This document shows positions 28,764 through 38,491 of a stretch of 64,000 nt of DNA, in pieces. This DNA is from a virus: positions 70,616-134,615 of the IMG/VR virus record IMGVR_UViG_3300034158_000007; one strand, written 5' to 3'. Made by a program: the position numbers and the translations under genes. Each line of letters starts with the position of its first letter. The first letter of the stretch is position 1. The notes below the pieces were generated by a model. It was not told the DNA's origin. It saw only the letters and a program-made list of their open reading frames with translations, and ran no database searches.

Positions 28764-30146
28764 ATGTCCAACATCAAAGTGCGGTTGCAGTATGACCCAA
28801 CTGGACGTAACGCGGATAACCTAGTGGGTAGTGAGGCACATGACCTTAAAGCGGTTGCAGGTTTCCCCTACAAGATCATCACGCTTGATAACGGTGGGTT
28901 CTATACCCGCTCGCTACGCGTATACGATTCAGCTTACAACAAACTTTCCCCCGGTGTAGATTACATCTATACTTACCGTCATGCCGTACTGAGCCAAGAG
29001 CTTGGTCTCAACATCTGTAGTGCAATCGTTTTCCTCGATCCAACAAGGGTGGGTACAGTTTACTGCTCGGCTCAGATGGTCGGTGGCGATGCAGCATTCA
29101 GTTTGACCGTGATCACGGACTACGTCACTTGGTTCAATAGCCAGCCTGTTGGATATGTCCCACGTAACGATGACTTCAATGGTAATGAACCCCAGTGGAA
29201 GCCAGGTGAGTTGGATAAAGAACGTTGGCACCTTGATACATACCAGCCGTTCAACAACGAGATCTACGACATGGCCCGCTCTATCAATGGCGCCACTGGT
29301 CCATATGAGCAAGACTTCCGTGATCACGTTTTAGCCGACTATGCCAACTTCCTACTGTTGTTCAATGATCGGTTACAACGACACATCGACGATAAAGCTA
29401 ACCCACACGTTGACGTAAAGGACGATGTTGGTCTTGGCCTGGTGGAGAACTATACGGTGGCGTCTGAGCAGATTGCACGGGCAGGTCAGTCTAACACGAC
29501 TTACTTGACACCTGCATTGTCATGGGCGACCGTCGATGAGTTTGCCATCAAACCGATGAACAACCACATTAACCTAAGACCAGCTAACCCACACCGTACA
29601 ACGCCAACAACTATTGACTCACCGACAAAGGCGGTGGTGGACGCTAAAGCGAATACCAAATACCTTCGGAATGAACAAGTAGTGAATGCGGATTATTTCG
29701 CCAACAGTCGTAATCCAGACCCAGCTACTGAAGCCTATACGTACTACGATTACTACCAGTACGCTCGGTCAAAGATTGCGGCTTTGGAATTCTTAGCTGA
29801 AAGCGGTGGTGGCTACATCAGCCCTTACCGTATTGGTCGTGGTTCCCCTGCTGCTAACACGGCACTGAATGGCGATGGTCAGTGGGTTACATGGGATTCG
29901 ATTATCGTACAGCAGGCTCCACCACCTTCCCCGGTGGTTATGATCTGTGGTGGATTTGGTGACCGTACCGTAGGACATAACTTCGTTATCACCCAACCTT
30001 GGGCACGTACTGTACCCGTTGGCTCGGTGGCGTTCTATTATTTGGATGCGGTGTATTGGTGGGGTACCGGTAACGGGGCCTGGCAACTTGGTGGTCGGAC
30101 TACCTGTGGTTCATTCAAAACCGCTAGTGGCTGGATTATGATTTGA
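28764..30146 (+). CDS. Tail fibre/baseplate protein (gp133-like); start refined
   Basis: Paralogous N-terminal YDPTG....NL...E.H domain plus NPH repeats; RBS GGAG. Confidence 0.75.
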   Translation: MSNIKVRLQYDPTGRNADNLVGSEAHDLKAVAGFPYKIITLDNGGFYTRSLRVYDSAYNKLSPGVDYIYTYRHAVLSQELGLNICSAIVFLDPTRVGTVYCSAQMVGGDAAFSLTVITDYVTWFNSQPVGYVPRNDDFNGNEPQWKPGELDKERWHLDTYQPFNNEIYDMARSINGATGPYEQDFRDHVLADYANFLLLFNDRLQRHIDDKANPHVDVKDDVGLGLVENYTVASEQIARAGQSNTTYLTPALSWATVDEFAIKPMNNHINLRPANPHRTTPTTIDSPTKAVVDAKANTKYLRNEQVVNADYFANSRNPDPATEAYTYYDYYQYARSKIAALEFLAESGGGYISPYRIGRGSPAANTALNGDGQWVTWDSIIVQQAPPPSPVVMICGGFGDRTVGHNFVITQPWARTVPVGSVAFYYLDAVYWWGTGNGAWQLGGRTTCGSFKTASGWIMI

Positions 30147-30155
30147 GGTGTTACT

Positions 30156-31523
30156 ATGATTCCAGTATTACAAGCGCTGCCGTATGATCCAACCGGTGAG
30201 GCGCCCAACAACAGAACTAAAGGGGAAGTCCATGACATCTCCAACCAGTTCGATTTGCCGTACCGTATCGTCGTGATGGAGAAAGGGTATTTCTTTAAAG
30301 ATAAACTCTACATCATGGACAACCGTGGCAAAGTTCTCAAAGAAGACATTGACTATCAGTGTCTGGTGATGGAACAAGATATCGCTAAGAAGCTGGGTAA
30401 AGCTGCATGTGGTGTACTGGTGGTCACAAACCCAGATGTGGGTAACTTCCTTTACGTCGAAGCTCAGATGGTCGGCGGGCGTTATTGCTCGTTGAATCGG
30501 GCGATCTTGGAAATGGCCGCTAACGTTATCCGGTCTACTAACCGTAAGGTGTATTACAAGAACCTTACTGACAAACCAAGTTCCTTCCGTCCTAACGGTC
30601 ACCTCCATGCATTGTGGGAACTCTTTGGCTTTACGCCACAGACTGCAATCATCCATCGGATGACTACCGCGATTATGAAGATGTCGAAGCGTGACTTTGA
30701 GTTACTCTACGCTGAGTTCAATATTCGGTTCCAGCTCATCAAAGACGGGTTGGCTGAAGTAGAAGCCCGACTGACTACGCACATCCAAGATCAATCCGAT
30801 CCGCACGACGTAACTGCACTGCAAGTACAGCTTCAGTACGTTACCAATGCGAGCGTAGCAACCTTAGCCCAGGCACAGACAGCTTCTGGTAGTGTGATGA
30901 ACGCGTATGCAACACCACTACGTGCCGCCCAGTCCATTGCTGTTAACTTCACCCCTGTACTACAGGCGCACATCGAAGATTACAATAACCCACACCGTGA
31001 CACCGCCGCTAAACTTGGCACGATGACCGTACTGGAGATGAATCTCCTGGCTGGTCAGTATTACGATCGTGGATCAACGGTTAAGTACACGACCGGTCTT
31101 GGTGGCCTGCCACTTTATGAGCACTACGTAAACGTCCGGCATGGTATCTTCGCATCTGAAATAACTACCGGTATGCTACCTTGGCAAACCTTCATGGGTT
31201 CGAATTACCCAGGTAGTCAGTTTGTTGCAGTGCCCACGAAAAATTCTGGTATGCAATGGCGAGCCATTGATTCTATCTTCACAGCCTACGCTAAGAAAGG
31301 GGCTGACGTACTTTACGGTGGTGAACATGGTGCTGGTACAGCTGCTGCCGTCTTCAACGGTATCTTAGGTACCAATCACGAAGATGGCACACTGTGTATT
31401 TATCGTGAAACCGGCGGCTGGGGCATCGGTACTGGTAACGGTGCACTTACGACGTATGTATCGTCTCTAAACATGGCCGCTTTCTCAAAGGCCGCGAATA
31501 CGTGGTATAACCCGCGTCAGTAA
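30156..31523 (+). CDS. Tail fibre/baseplate protein (gp134-like)
   Basis: Same N-terminal domain and NPH repeats; RBS GAGG. Confidence 0.75.
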   Translation: MIPVLQALPYDPTGEAPNNRTKGEVHDISNQFDLPYRIVVMEKGYFFKDKLYIMDNRGKVLKEDIDYQCLVMEQDIAKKLGKAACGVLVVTNPDVGNFLYVEAQMVGGRYCSLNRAILEMAANVIRSTNRKVYYKNLTDKPSSFRPNGHLHALWELFGFTPQTAIIHRMTTAIMKMSKRDFELLYAEFNIRFQLIKDGLAEVEARLTTHIQDQSDPHDVTALQVQLQYVTNASVATLAQAQTASGSVMNAYATPLRAAQSIAVNFTPVLQAHIEDYNNPHRDTAAKLGTMTVLEMNLLAGQYYDRGSTVKYTTGLGGLPLYEHYVNVRHGIFASEITTGMLPWQTFMGSNYPGSQFVAVPTKNSGMQWRAIDSIFTAYAKKGADVLYGGEHGAGTAAAVFNGILGTNHEDGTLCIYRETGGWGIGTGNGALTTYVSSLNMAAFSKAANTWYNPRQ

Positions 31524-31535
31524 GCAGAGGTCCAC

Positions 31536-32882
31536 ATGGCTACTATCACGAATCTTCCCGTTGACTTCAGCGGGAGGCTAGCTTCAAACCTGAGAACAAG
31601 TGAAGAACATGTATTGAACAAAGCCAATGGCCGAGTCAACCGCATGATCACACCTGAGTTCGGGGCTTTCTATACAGAGTCACTCGTGGTACGTACGACC
31701 ACTGGTCTACTGCTTAAACGTGATACGGATTACGTCGTCACGTACTACTACGAAGATCTTGGTCTCCTCACATCTAAGGAGATCTGTGCCATCATTGTGG
31801 TAACCAACCCACTCGTACCAAATACCATTCGTATCACCTACCAAGCCTTTGGTGGTCCTTACGCATTGAGCCTTAAAGAACTCAAAGCGGTATTGGATGA
31901 AACTGAAGCTCCACAAGGTAAGATCAAATGGGACGAGATCATCAACAAACCGCTACAGTGGTTCCCTGCTGATCACGAACATGAGTACTGGCAGCTTTAT
32001 GGTCTCGAGTCAACCAACGTCAACTTGGAACAACTCGGTAAGGCATGGGCCACTGGTCGAACGGGTATCATCGGTGATAACCGTATCTACTACCAGAACT
32101 ACATCATCAAAGCCCAGGCGGCAGTAGATGCATACCGCGCAGCTGTACAGGCACACGTCAGTGACCGCTCTAACCCACACTTAACTGATAAGGTTAAGAT
32201 CCAGTTGGGTAACGTTAACAACTGGCCTATGGCGAATACAGCTGAATCAACCGGCAACACAGCAACTGATCGTTACCAGCCTATTGGCGGTATTTACAAT
32301 CAGACTGAGACGCACGTTAAGCCATTGCTGACATCACACATCACGAATCAGAACAACCCGCACCAAGTGCAGTTGACTGACCCGTTGTTGAACCTGTATA
32401 GCACACAGCAGATCCAAGAGATATTTGCACAGCATCTTAACATCAACCAGATGGCTGTGGACTCGACCAATCTGTCGGGCGTACCCGCTGCTGAGGTATG
32501 GCGTAACATTCGTACTGGGTTGGACGCATCTGCTGTTGATCCAGCAACTCGGTTTACTGTGACTTACTTCGGTTCACATCCAGCAGACTGGGTTCCAGAA
32601 GAATGGGTATTGAATGGTGCTAACGGCTATTCTAAAATCGCTGACATCATGAAACCCTATAACGAACGAAACGGTTCTATCTTCTACGTCGGTAACATGA
32701 CAGGTCGTTCTGATCAGGCTGGTGCAAATGAAGCTATCCGCGTTAAAACTCTGGATGCTAGCATTGGTAATGGTTCATGGTTAATCGGTCAATTCCTTCG
32801 AGACTATAACGGTGGACGTGCGCTATGGAACCTCACGGTCGGTGTTAAAACCGGACCCGGTACTTTCAATATTGTTTTCTAA
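31536..32882 (+). CDS. Tail fibre/baseplate protein (gp135-like)
   Basis: Same N-terminal domain and NPH repeats; RBS GAGG. Confidence 0.75.
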   Translation: MATITNLPVDFSGRLASNLRTSEEHVLNKANGRVNRMITPEFGAFYTESLVVRTTTGLLLKRDTDYVVTYYYEDLGLLTSKEICAIIVVTNPLVPNTIRITYQAFGGPYALSLKELKAVLDETEAPQGKIKWDEIINKPLQWFPADHEHEYWQLYGLESTNVNLEQLGKAWATGRTGIIGDNRIYYQNYIIKAQAAVDAYRAAVQAHVSDRSNPHLTDKVKIQLGNVNNWPMANTAESTGNTATDRYQPIGGIYNQTETHVKPLLTSHITNQNNPHQVQLTDPLLNLYSTQQIQEIFAQHLNINQMAVDSTNLSGVPAAEVWRNIRTGLDASAVDPATRFTVTYFGSHPADWVPEEWVLNGANGYSKIADIMKPYNERNGSIFYVGNMTGRSDQAGANEAIRVKTLDASIGNGSWLIGQFLRDYNGGRALWNLTVGVKTGPGTFNIVF

Positions 32883-32900
32883 TTTCTTGGAGTAACACAC

Positions 32901-33506
32901 ATGTTCTCACCTGATACCAATTACACCGGCGGTAAGCTTCCGGTAACAATCTTGTTCAACAAACAAAACGGCATGTACATTACTTACGTAGTGGTACCGC
33001 TGGCAATGTCGCAACATGACGATACGCTCTACGAAGCCCGTGAAGCGATGTTTGACCATGCCCTTGACGTGATTCAGGGTCAACTCACCAAACTCCCCTC
33101 AGGGCTGTGGCAGGAGGACTGGAAGGTTATCCTACGCTCTGAACTACCTGAGGAAGTCTATGAACACGCTCTGAACTTGCAGGCCGAGCAAAAGATCACT
33201 AAACGCTATCCAATTGTTGATCAAATCAACCTGGTCGTAGCTGCTCTGCAACGACTGGCGAAAGAACATGACTTGAACGACCACCCTGAGTTCCAAGCAT
33301 TGGCAGAGATGACCTCTTATACCGCCCAAGTACTTGAAACTAACGCAGCTAAGAAGGAGTTCTATCGTGACCACCCAGACGTTATCTACATCTCCGACGA
33401 ACAACGTGAGGCTGAAACTTCCGCTCGAATGGAAGGCGGTATCCATGAAGCACTTGGTCCAAGAGATGTTACCGGTGGTAGCGTTTTCGGCACACAGCGC
33501 CATTGA
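32901..33506 (+). CDS. Possible tail-fibre assembly chaperone-like protein
   Basis: Follows the fibre cluster; helical C-terminal I..RYP...QIN region reminiscent of fibre chaperones (inference). Confidence 0.45.
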   Translation: MFSPDTNYTGGKLPVTILFNKQNGMYITYVVVPLAMSQHDDTLYEAREAMFDHALDVIQGQLTKLPSGLWQEDWKVILRSELPEEVYEHALNLQAEQKITKRYPIVDQINLVVAALQRLAKEHDLNDHPEFQALAEMTSYTAQVLETNAAKKEFYRDHPDVIYISDEQREAETSARMEGGIHEALGPRDVTGGSVFGTQRH

Positions 33507-33927
33507 GTTAGTTCAGTACGTGGAGACACTACCAATCACGCAGTGGTACCATCGTTTAAAGATCAATAGTAAACCAACCAAGGGTGATCCAACAGCAGAC
33601 TACTGGTTCATGGGGGATCGTCAGATGCCTAAAGAACTACGTGATCATCTGTTGGCACTGGCTCCGACTATTGACGGAGCTAAACCTGAAGAGATCTGCC
33701 TTAACCGTTACGAAGTTGGTAACGGGATGCCGGAGCATGTTGACATTGCGATGTACCGTTACAACATGGTTATTCATCTGAGTGACCATGGCGATGGATT
33801 GTTAGTAGGGGATGTGTTTTATGTGGATAAACCGGGACAAGGTGTCATCATGCCATTCAAGTCCCCACCTCATGAAGTACCTCCTGTAAAACACAGACGT
33901 TACACTTTGATCTATCTCTACGAATAG
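33445..33927 (+). CDS. 2OG-Fe(II) dioxygenase (DSBH fold); start refined to 33445 or 33466
   Basis: LNRY..G..M..HVD (HxD), distal PHEV histidine and R-Y-T (RRYTLI) 2OG-binding arginine; RBS GGAAGG. Confidence 0.75.
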   Translation: MKHLVQEMLPVVAFSAHSAIELVQYVETLPITQWYHRLKINSKPTKGDPTADYWFMGDRQMPKELRDHLLALAPTIDGAKPEEICLNRYEVGNGMPEHVDIAMYRYNMVIHLSDHGDGLLVGDVFYVDKPGQGVIMPFKSPPHEVPPVKHRRYTLIYLYE

Positions 33928-33935
33928 AGGCTATC

Positions 33936-34424
33936 ATGTACAAACAACTATTAGACAATACGAAAGAAGAAGTCGAAGCGCTGTTGGCGCTCAGTCGACA
34001 GGTCAAGTTCCATGCTGCCGAAGGTTACCGCCGTCGTGTTGGCGCTAACGGTCCTAATGCACTTAGTCGCTATAACGTGTCTAAGTGGTTTGACTGGACC
34101 CATGCACAACGTGAAGCTTTCCGCCCTAACTTCCCAGAGCCTCTACAGCGTAAAGCTATTCAAGGCTGGTTCTTGGACATCCCTAAAGGGACAGGCTTCC
34201 TCGACCTGATGGATTACTGGGTGGGTAAAGAACTGAGTGGTTCGGTTGTATGTACCGCACTGCGTAAACAGACGATCCTTCTGGACCGCACACCACTGAC
34301 TCTTGAGGTCGGTGAACAGATTACATTTAAGCTTGACGTACTCCATGAGATTAAACCATCCAAGCATGGACAACTCTGGGCATGCATTATGTACCTCGGT
34401 GATCCGAAACAACAGACGGATTGA
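33936..34424 (+). CDS. Degenerate DSBH/2OG-oxygenase-like paralog
   Basis: GFLDLMD aligns by eye with GMPEHVD but lacks the His; keeps LHEIKP; RBS GAGG. Confidence 0.5.
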   Translation: MYKQLLDNTKEEVEALLALSRQVKFHAAEGYRRRVGANGPNALSRYNVSKWFDWTHAQREAFRPNFPEPLQRKAIQGWFLDIPKGTGFLDLMDYWVGKELSGSVVCTALRKQTILLDRTPLTLEVGEQITFKLDVLHEIKPSKHGQLWACIMYLGDPKQQTD

Positions 34425-34467
34425 TGTACAATCTTACATGGCATTTATAAACCCCTGAGGTCCAATC

Positions 34468-35367
34468 ATGGCAGATACAATCGCTAACCCAATTGATCAA
34501 CAACTGATCAACGTAACACGTACGTGCTACGCAGCTTATCTACAAACCGTAAAGTATCTCGGTCTGTCTCCTTTCCGCGTTATCCCGCATACCACGCTCA
34601 ACGAAAAGTATGGCATCGAGCCTACTACCGTACCGGCGGTGGGTGAGGTTCCTAACGTACGTTACATGGTTATCGGTAACATGGGTCACTACACCGTTAA
34701 AGGGCCAGATGGCGCTGACGAGGTAGCTAACCAAATCCACCGAGCCAATGATGCTGCTCTGTATAACGGTATTCCGTTTATCCTGCGTGAGACTGGTAAT
34801 GACTTGCCAGCTGATCGTCGTGATCAATACTGCCTGCGCACTATCGAGCCTTACGGCGGTAAGAACTACATCGCTTACTACGCTCGTCGGATTAACACCA
34901 CAGGCGTACAACCACAGTTGCTGGAACTGGAAGTAATTAACGGTATCATTACCGCTAAGCCTTACACTCCAACAGTTGATGACCTTAACCCAGTGCCTCC
35001 AGTTATCTCTAACTCGGGCACCGTGATCGGTTCTAATAAGACCGTGTCGGCTTCGGCCATCATTAAGGTTAACCTCACCGCTGAAGAGATCCGTGATATC
35101 ACTGATGCTCACCGTATTCGTACGGGTAGTATTCGTTCTCCGATCATCTCTGAAATTGGTCTGTGCTCCGGTGTTGACAAACGTGTTACTGCTCCAGGTC
35201 AAGGCTTCCAGTATCTGGAAGTAATCGCCTGTCAGGTCAACGTCTTCATTTCTACCAACCATCCGATCGGTTATAACTCCAGTGGCCTGGATCTGACCTT
35301 CGACATTGGTGGTGTAGAACCAATGCTCGGTTCGAATGCTGTGAACCAAGCGAAGTTCGTTAACTAA
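34468..35367 (+). CDS. Virion structural protein, probably baseplate (gp139-like)
   Basis: [18 protein letters not shown]...NDL, ISE.GLCSGVD motifs as recalled for this family; synteny. Confidence 0.7.
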   Translation: MADTIANPIDQQLINVTRTCYAAYLQTVKYLGLSPFRVIPHTTLNEKYGIEPTTVPAVGEVPNVRYMVIGNMGHYTVKGPDGADEVANQIHRANDAALYNGIPFILRETGNDLPADRRDQYCLRTIEPYGGKNYIAYYARRINTTGVQPQLLELEVINGIITAKPYTPTVDDLNPVPPVISNSGTVIGSNKTVSASAIIKVNLTAEEIRDITDAHRIRTGSIRSPIISEIGLCSGVDKRVTAPGQGFQYLEVIACQVNVFISTNHPIGYNSSGLDLTFDIGGVEPMLGSNAVNQAKFVN

Positions 35368-35376
35368 GGATTGACT

Positions 35377-35940
35377 ATGTTAGTGATGCCTGAGAGTAGA
35401 GAAGCTTTCAGAATCGCTGGATTTGACCCAGGTGCAAACTTGGGTCTTTCACTTATTGAGAACCGGTTAGATGGATCAAACCCGGTTGTGAAGTTAGCTG
35501 AGACAGCTAAGTTGAATCCAACTGAATTCTGCTATAAGGACATGGCTGAGTTACACGGGAATCGTGTAGCCCGCCTAATGATCCTTTATGACACTGTTAC
35601 CCAGTTCCTTCGTACGCACAAGCCACACGGTGTAATCATCGAGGGTAACTATCTAGGTCGCTTTGCAAATGCCTTCGCAAGCCTTGTGGAGTGTGTGATC
35701 GTTATTCGCAACGCTGTGTATGCATACGACCCCTTCATGCCCTTGCAGATTGTTGACCCCACTACGGTGAAGACTAACATCGGTATGATCAAGATTCGCG
35801 GTACGGATAAGGAAGATGTCCGTAAAGCTCTGAAAGCCCTTAAGGAACTAGAGTGGGATGGTGTAGACATTGACGACCTCGATGAACACGCAGTCGACTC
35901 TGTTGCTATTGGTTATTACTACACGTCGCAACTACTTTAA
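35377..35940 (+). CDS. ruvC: RuvC-like Holliday junction resolvase
   Basis: IAGFDPG, VIIEG, P.TVK..IG...G.DKEDV, D.HAVDSVAIG acidic catalytic set. Confidence 0.85.
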   Translation: MLVMPESREAFRIAGFDPGANLGLSLIENRLDGSNPVVKLAETAKLNPTEFCYKDMAELHGNRVARLMILYDTVTQFLRTHKPHGVIIEGNYLGRFANAFASLVECVIVIRNAVYAYDPFMPLQIVDPTTVKTNIGMIKIRGTDKEDVRKALKALKELEWDGVDIDDLDEHAVDSVAIGYYYTSQLL

Positions 35941-35949
35941 GGTGCAGCT

Positions 35950-36387
35950 ATGTTAACGCTACTAAAAGGTATTAGCACGAAAGTGTATGTGGGTATCATT
36001 TTGGTGTTACTCGCAACGAGTTGGTTCCTCTACAAGTCCTATACAAACGGGCTAGTAGAGCAGGGGGCATTGCAGTCATCGAATGTTACCCTGCAAAACA
36101 ACGTGGACTACGTTGAGAAATCAGCGAAGATAACGGACAAGGTCGTTAACGATTTTGTTACTGAATCTAGAGAGTCCAAACTAAAAAACGATGCTATACG
36201 CAAAGAGGCTCTGAATGAGTACATTAATAAGGTCGAGCCTAAGGTCTTGGTTAAGCCCATTGATCAAGCACCCAAAGTGCCTGATGATGCTGATCGTATT
36301 GATGGCCTTGCTAAGCGCATGCTCGAGAACTACTGTCGTGCCCGACCAGAAGACGCACGATGCAATCCCGTCAACCCTGAAAAGTAG
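35950..36387 (+). CDS. Inner-membrane spanin (i-spanin, Rz-like)
   Basis: N-terminal TM (VYVGIILVLLATSWFLY), periplasmic coiled coil, C-terminal Cys residues; overlapped by a lipoprotein gene. Confidence 0.7.
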   Translation: MLTLLKGISTKVYVGIILVLLATSWFLYKSYTNGLVEQGALQSSNVTLQNNVDYVEKSAKITDKVVNDFVTESRESKLKNDAIRKEALNEYINKVEPKVLVKPIDQAPKVPDDADRIDGLAKRMLENYCRARPEDARCNPVNPEK

Positions 36388-36610
36388 ATGCAACATCGCT
36401 CCGCCTCCAGCTACTGCCGAACTACTTAATGCTACTCAGCTAATGCCAGCGATCATCGATCCTTGGGAAGCTCGGTTCCTCCTTATGTACGATGCGTATA
36501 TGGTTCAGACGGGAAACCTCATCGACTGTGATCGACAGGTCGGTTATATCCGCGAATGGGATGACCAACACCTGGAGATGAAACATGAACCTCGAAAAAC
36601 TGCTAACTGA
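36260..36610 (+). CDS. Outer-membrane lipoprotein spanin (o-spanin, Rz1-like); start TTG 36260 or ATG 36284
   Basis: Lipobox LLSA-C, C..APPP, C-terminal Cys; begins inside the i-spanin gene in the +1 frame. Confidence 0.7.
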   Translation: MIKHPKCLMMLIVLMALLSACSRTTVVPDQKTHDAIPSTLKSRCNIAPPPATAELLNATQLMPAIIDPWEARFLLMYDAYMVQTGNLIDCDRQVGYIREWDDQHLEMKHEPRKTAN

Positions 36611-36986
36611 TCAAGGTAGTGATCCTCTATCTGACAAATTGAATGGACCCTCGTTGAGGGCTTTCATCAATGCCAACCTCAAAAGGGTTGGTGTAGAGGC
36701 AGTGAATGCGACTACACCCTGTGACGTAATACTGGAACGGATCTACTCGTTGGAAGATTCAGACGTTCAGAAGAAGTTGCTTGAAAGACAAGTAACCGAA
36801 CTGAACAGTGACACTAACTATAAAAGGCTCAGCATGTACGGCTCGCTTATCCTAGCGGCCATTGTCATTGTGCTTGGACTAGATAGTGTAACAGGTGGTA
36901 ACCTAAGTCCTGAGGCTATTGACGCTCTTAAGACTATCGGGTCGGGGATCTTGCAAATGATCTCTGGTAGTTTCACTACGGCATAA
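36585..36986 (+). CDS. Membrane protein, holin candidate
   Basis: C-terminal hydrophobic helices (MYGSLILAAIVIVLGL; IGSGILQMISG); sits between the spanins and the endolysin. Confidence 0.45.
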   Translation: MNLEKLLTDQGSDPLSDKLNGPSLRAFINANLKRVGVEAVNATTPCDVILERIYSLEDSDVQKKLLERQVTELNSDTNYKRLSMYGSLILAAIVIVLGLDSVTGGNLSPEAIDALKTIGSGILQMISGSFTTA

Positions 36987-36991
36987 AACAA

Positions 36992-37029
36992 CATATTAGC
37001 CTCCCCTTTATAGGGGAGGTTTTATTATG
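36992..37029. terminator. CATA...TATG-family palindrome
   Basis: CATATTAGCCTCCCCT-TTAT-AGGGGAGGTTTTATTATG; late TATGTAG follows at 37031. Confidence 0.7.
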
Positions 37030-37075
37030 CTATGTAGTTCAAGTAGTTTTTTACACTGTTATAAGAGGGTTTCAC

Positions 37076-37627
37076 ATGAGTGATCGTTTTCCCTACAACT
37101 TGCCTTCGCGAGAAGCACTTGTAGAACTGGTTCGGCGATCTACCAATCGACCTGACTTGAAGGATGAATATGTAACCTTCGAGGACCTGTTCTTTTCACC
37201 AACCATAGTAGAACCGGGTCGCACGTCGATTGAAATGATTGACCGCGTGACCAGTCAGAAAGAATGGTTTGAATTCAGACGACTGGAGCTGAGTAACAAT
37301 CGTTGCCTCGGTCCATTGGTCAGTATTAAGATTATGGGTGATCCTACCCCAGCTAACATCGCAGCTGAGATTAACCGCTCCCGTAAAATGAAGTTCGGTC
37401 CTAGTGACGTATCTTTCTCTGACGAACTGATCCCAGTAATGGGTACAACCTTCGAGTACATCATGCCTGCATTGTCAGGTAGTTATGTTTTCTACGGTAG
37501 CACTAAGGTACAGGTCGAGGTTCTTCCAATCTCACAATGGACACGTTATCTCGAGAACGGCGCTATCCGTTATACGCAAGAAGGCGTTGCCCGTGAACTC
37601 GAGCACCGCATTAACCGCTGGAGTTGA
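37076..37627 (+). CDS. Virion structural protein (gp143-like) with a C-terminal RYLENG...R...G..R.LE peptide
   Basis: F.FRRLEL domain related to the RLDL family; RBS GAGGG; synteny with the endolysin. Confidence 0.7.
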   Translation: MSDRFPYNLPSREALVELVRRSTNRPDLKDEYVTFEDLFFSPTIVEPGRTSIEMIDRVTSQKEWFEFRRLELSNNRCLGPLVSIKIMGDPTPANIAAEINRSRKMKFGPSDVSFSDELIPVMGTTFEYIMPALSGSYVFYGSTKVQVEVLPISQWTRYLENGAIRYTQEGVARELEHRINRWS

Positions 37628-37629
37628 TC

Positions 37630-38424
37630 ATGGCTTTATTAAAGAATGGTTCCCGTGGGGAACAAGTAGCAGCTTTACAACGTCAACTTAAGAGTCTCGG
37701 CTATACTCTTAAGGACGATGGTGTTTTTGGAGACACCACGGAACGTTATGTAAAGGAAGTCCAACGCCGGTTCAAATTGACCGATGACGGAGTGGTCGGA
37801 GATAAAACTTGGGCGGTACTGAATACCCCTAACTCCACCCTGAAGACATTGACCGAAGCGGACTACGCTTGGGCAGCAGATTTCCTTGCTGACGATGTGG
37901 CATCTGTTAAAGCAGTCCGTGAAGTAGAGGCACCCCAAGGTGGTTTCTTGCCTGACGGGCGAGTTACTATTCTTTATGAACGTCACGTGATGTATCGTCA
38001 ACTGTTCGCTAACGGCTTTGACCCCGATAAGTACGCTGCCAGTAATCCAGATATAGTTAATAAGAAGACTGGTGGATACCTCGGCAAAGCTGCTGAATAT
38101 AAACGTTTGGCTGCCGCCGAACTGATTGATCAGAAGTCTGCACTGGAATCCTGTTCTTGGGGTGCTTACCAGATCATGGGGTATCACTGGAAAATCTTGG
38201 GGTTCGATAGCGTGTATAGCTTCGTTGCCAAGATGAAAGAATCTGAACGTGGTCAACTGGAATGTTTCGTACGCTTCATTAAATCACAACCTGCGCTACT
38301 GAAAGCAATCCGTAGTGATGATTGGGTAACCTTCGCACGCTACTACAATGGGTCGAATTACCGGGCAAACAAGTACGACGATAAACTCCAAGCCGCTTTT
38401 ATTAAATATGGCGGATTGAAATAA
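37630..38424 (+). CDS. Modular endolysin: PG_binding_1 plus DUF3380-type N-acetylmuramidase
   Basis: L..GS.G..V..LQ..L...GY, DG.FG..T, DG.VG..T repeats; catalytic VE...GF, ILYERH, SWG..QIMG.HW, FA..YNG..Y..N.YD.KL. Confidence 0.9.
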   Translation: MALLKNGSRGEQVAALQRQLKSLGYTLKDDGVFGDTTERYVKEVQRRFKLTDDGVVGDKTWAVLNTPNSTLKTLTEADYAWAADFLADDVASVKAVREVEAPQGGFLPDGRVTILYERHVMYRQLFANGFDPDKYAASNPDIVNKKTGGYLGKAAEYKRLAAAELIDQKSALESCSWGAYQIMGYHWKILGFDSVYSFVAKMKESERGQLECFVRFIKSQPALLKAIRSDDWVTFARYYNGSNYRANKYDDKLQAAFIKYGGLK

Positions 38425-38491
38425 TTACCCAACAGTATAGGTCTTATTTTAAATAAGCCGGTTGGGCAGATAACTTTTAAAGGATAACATA

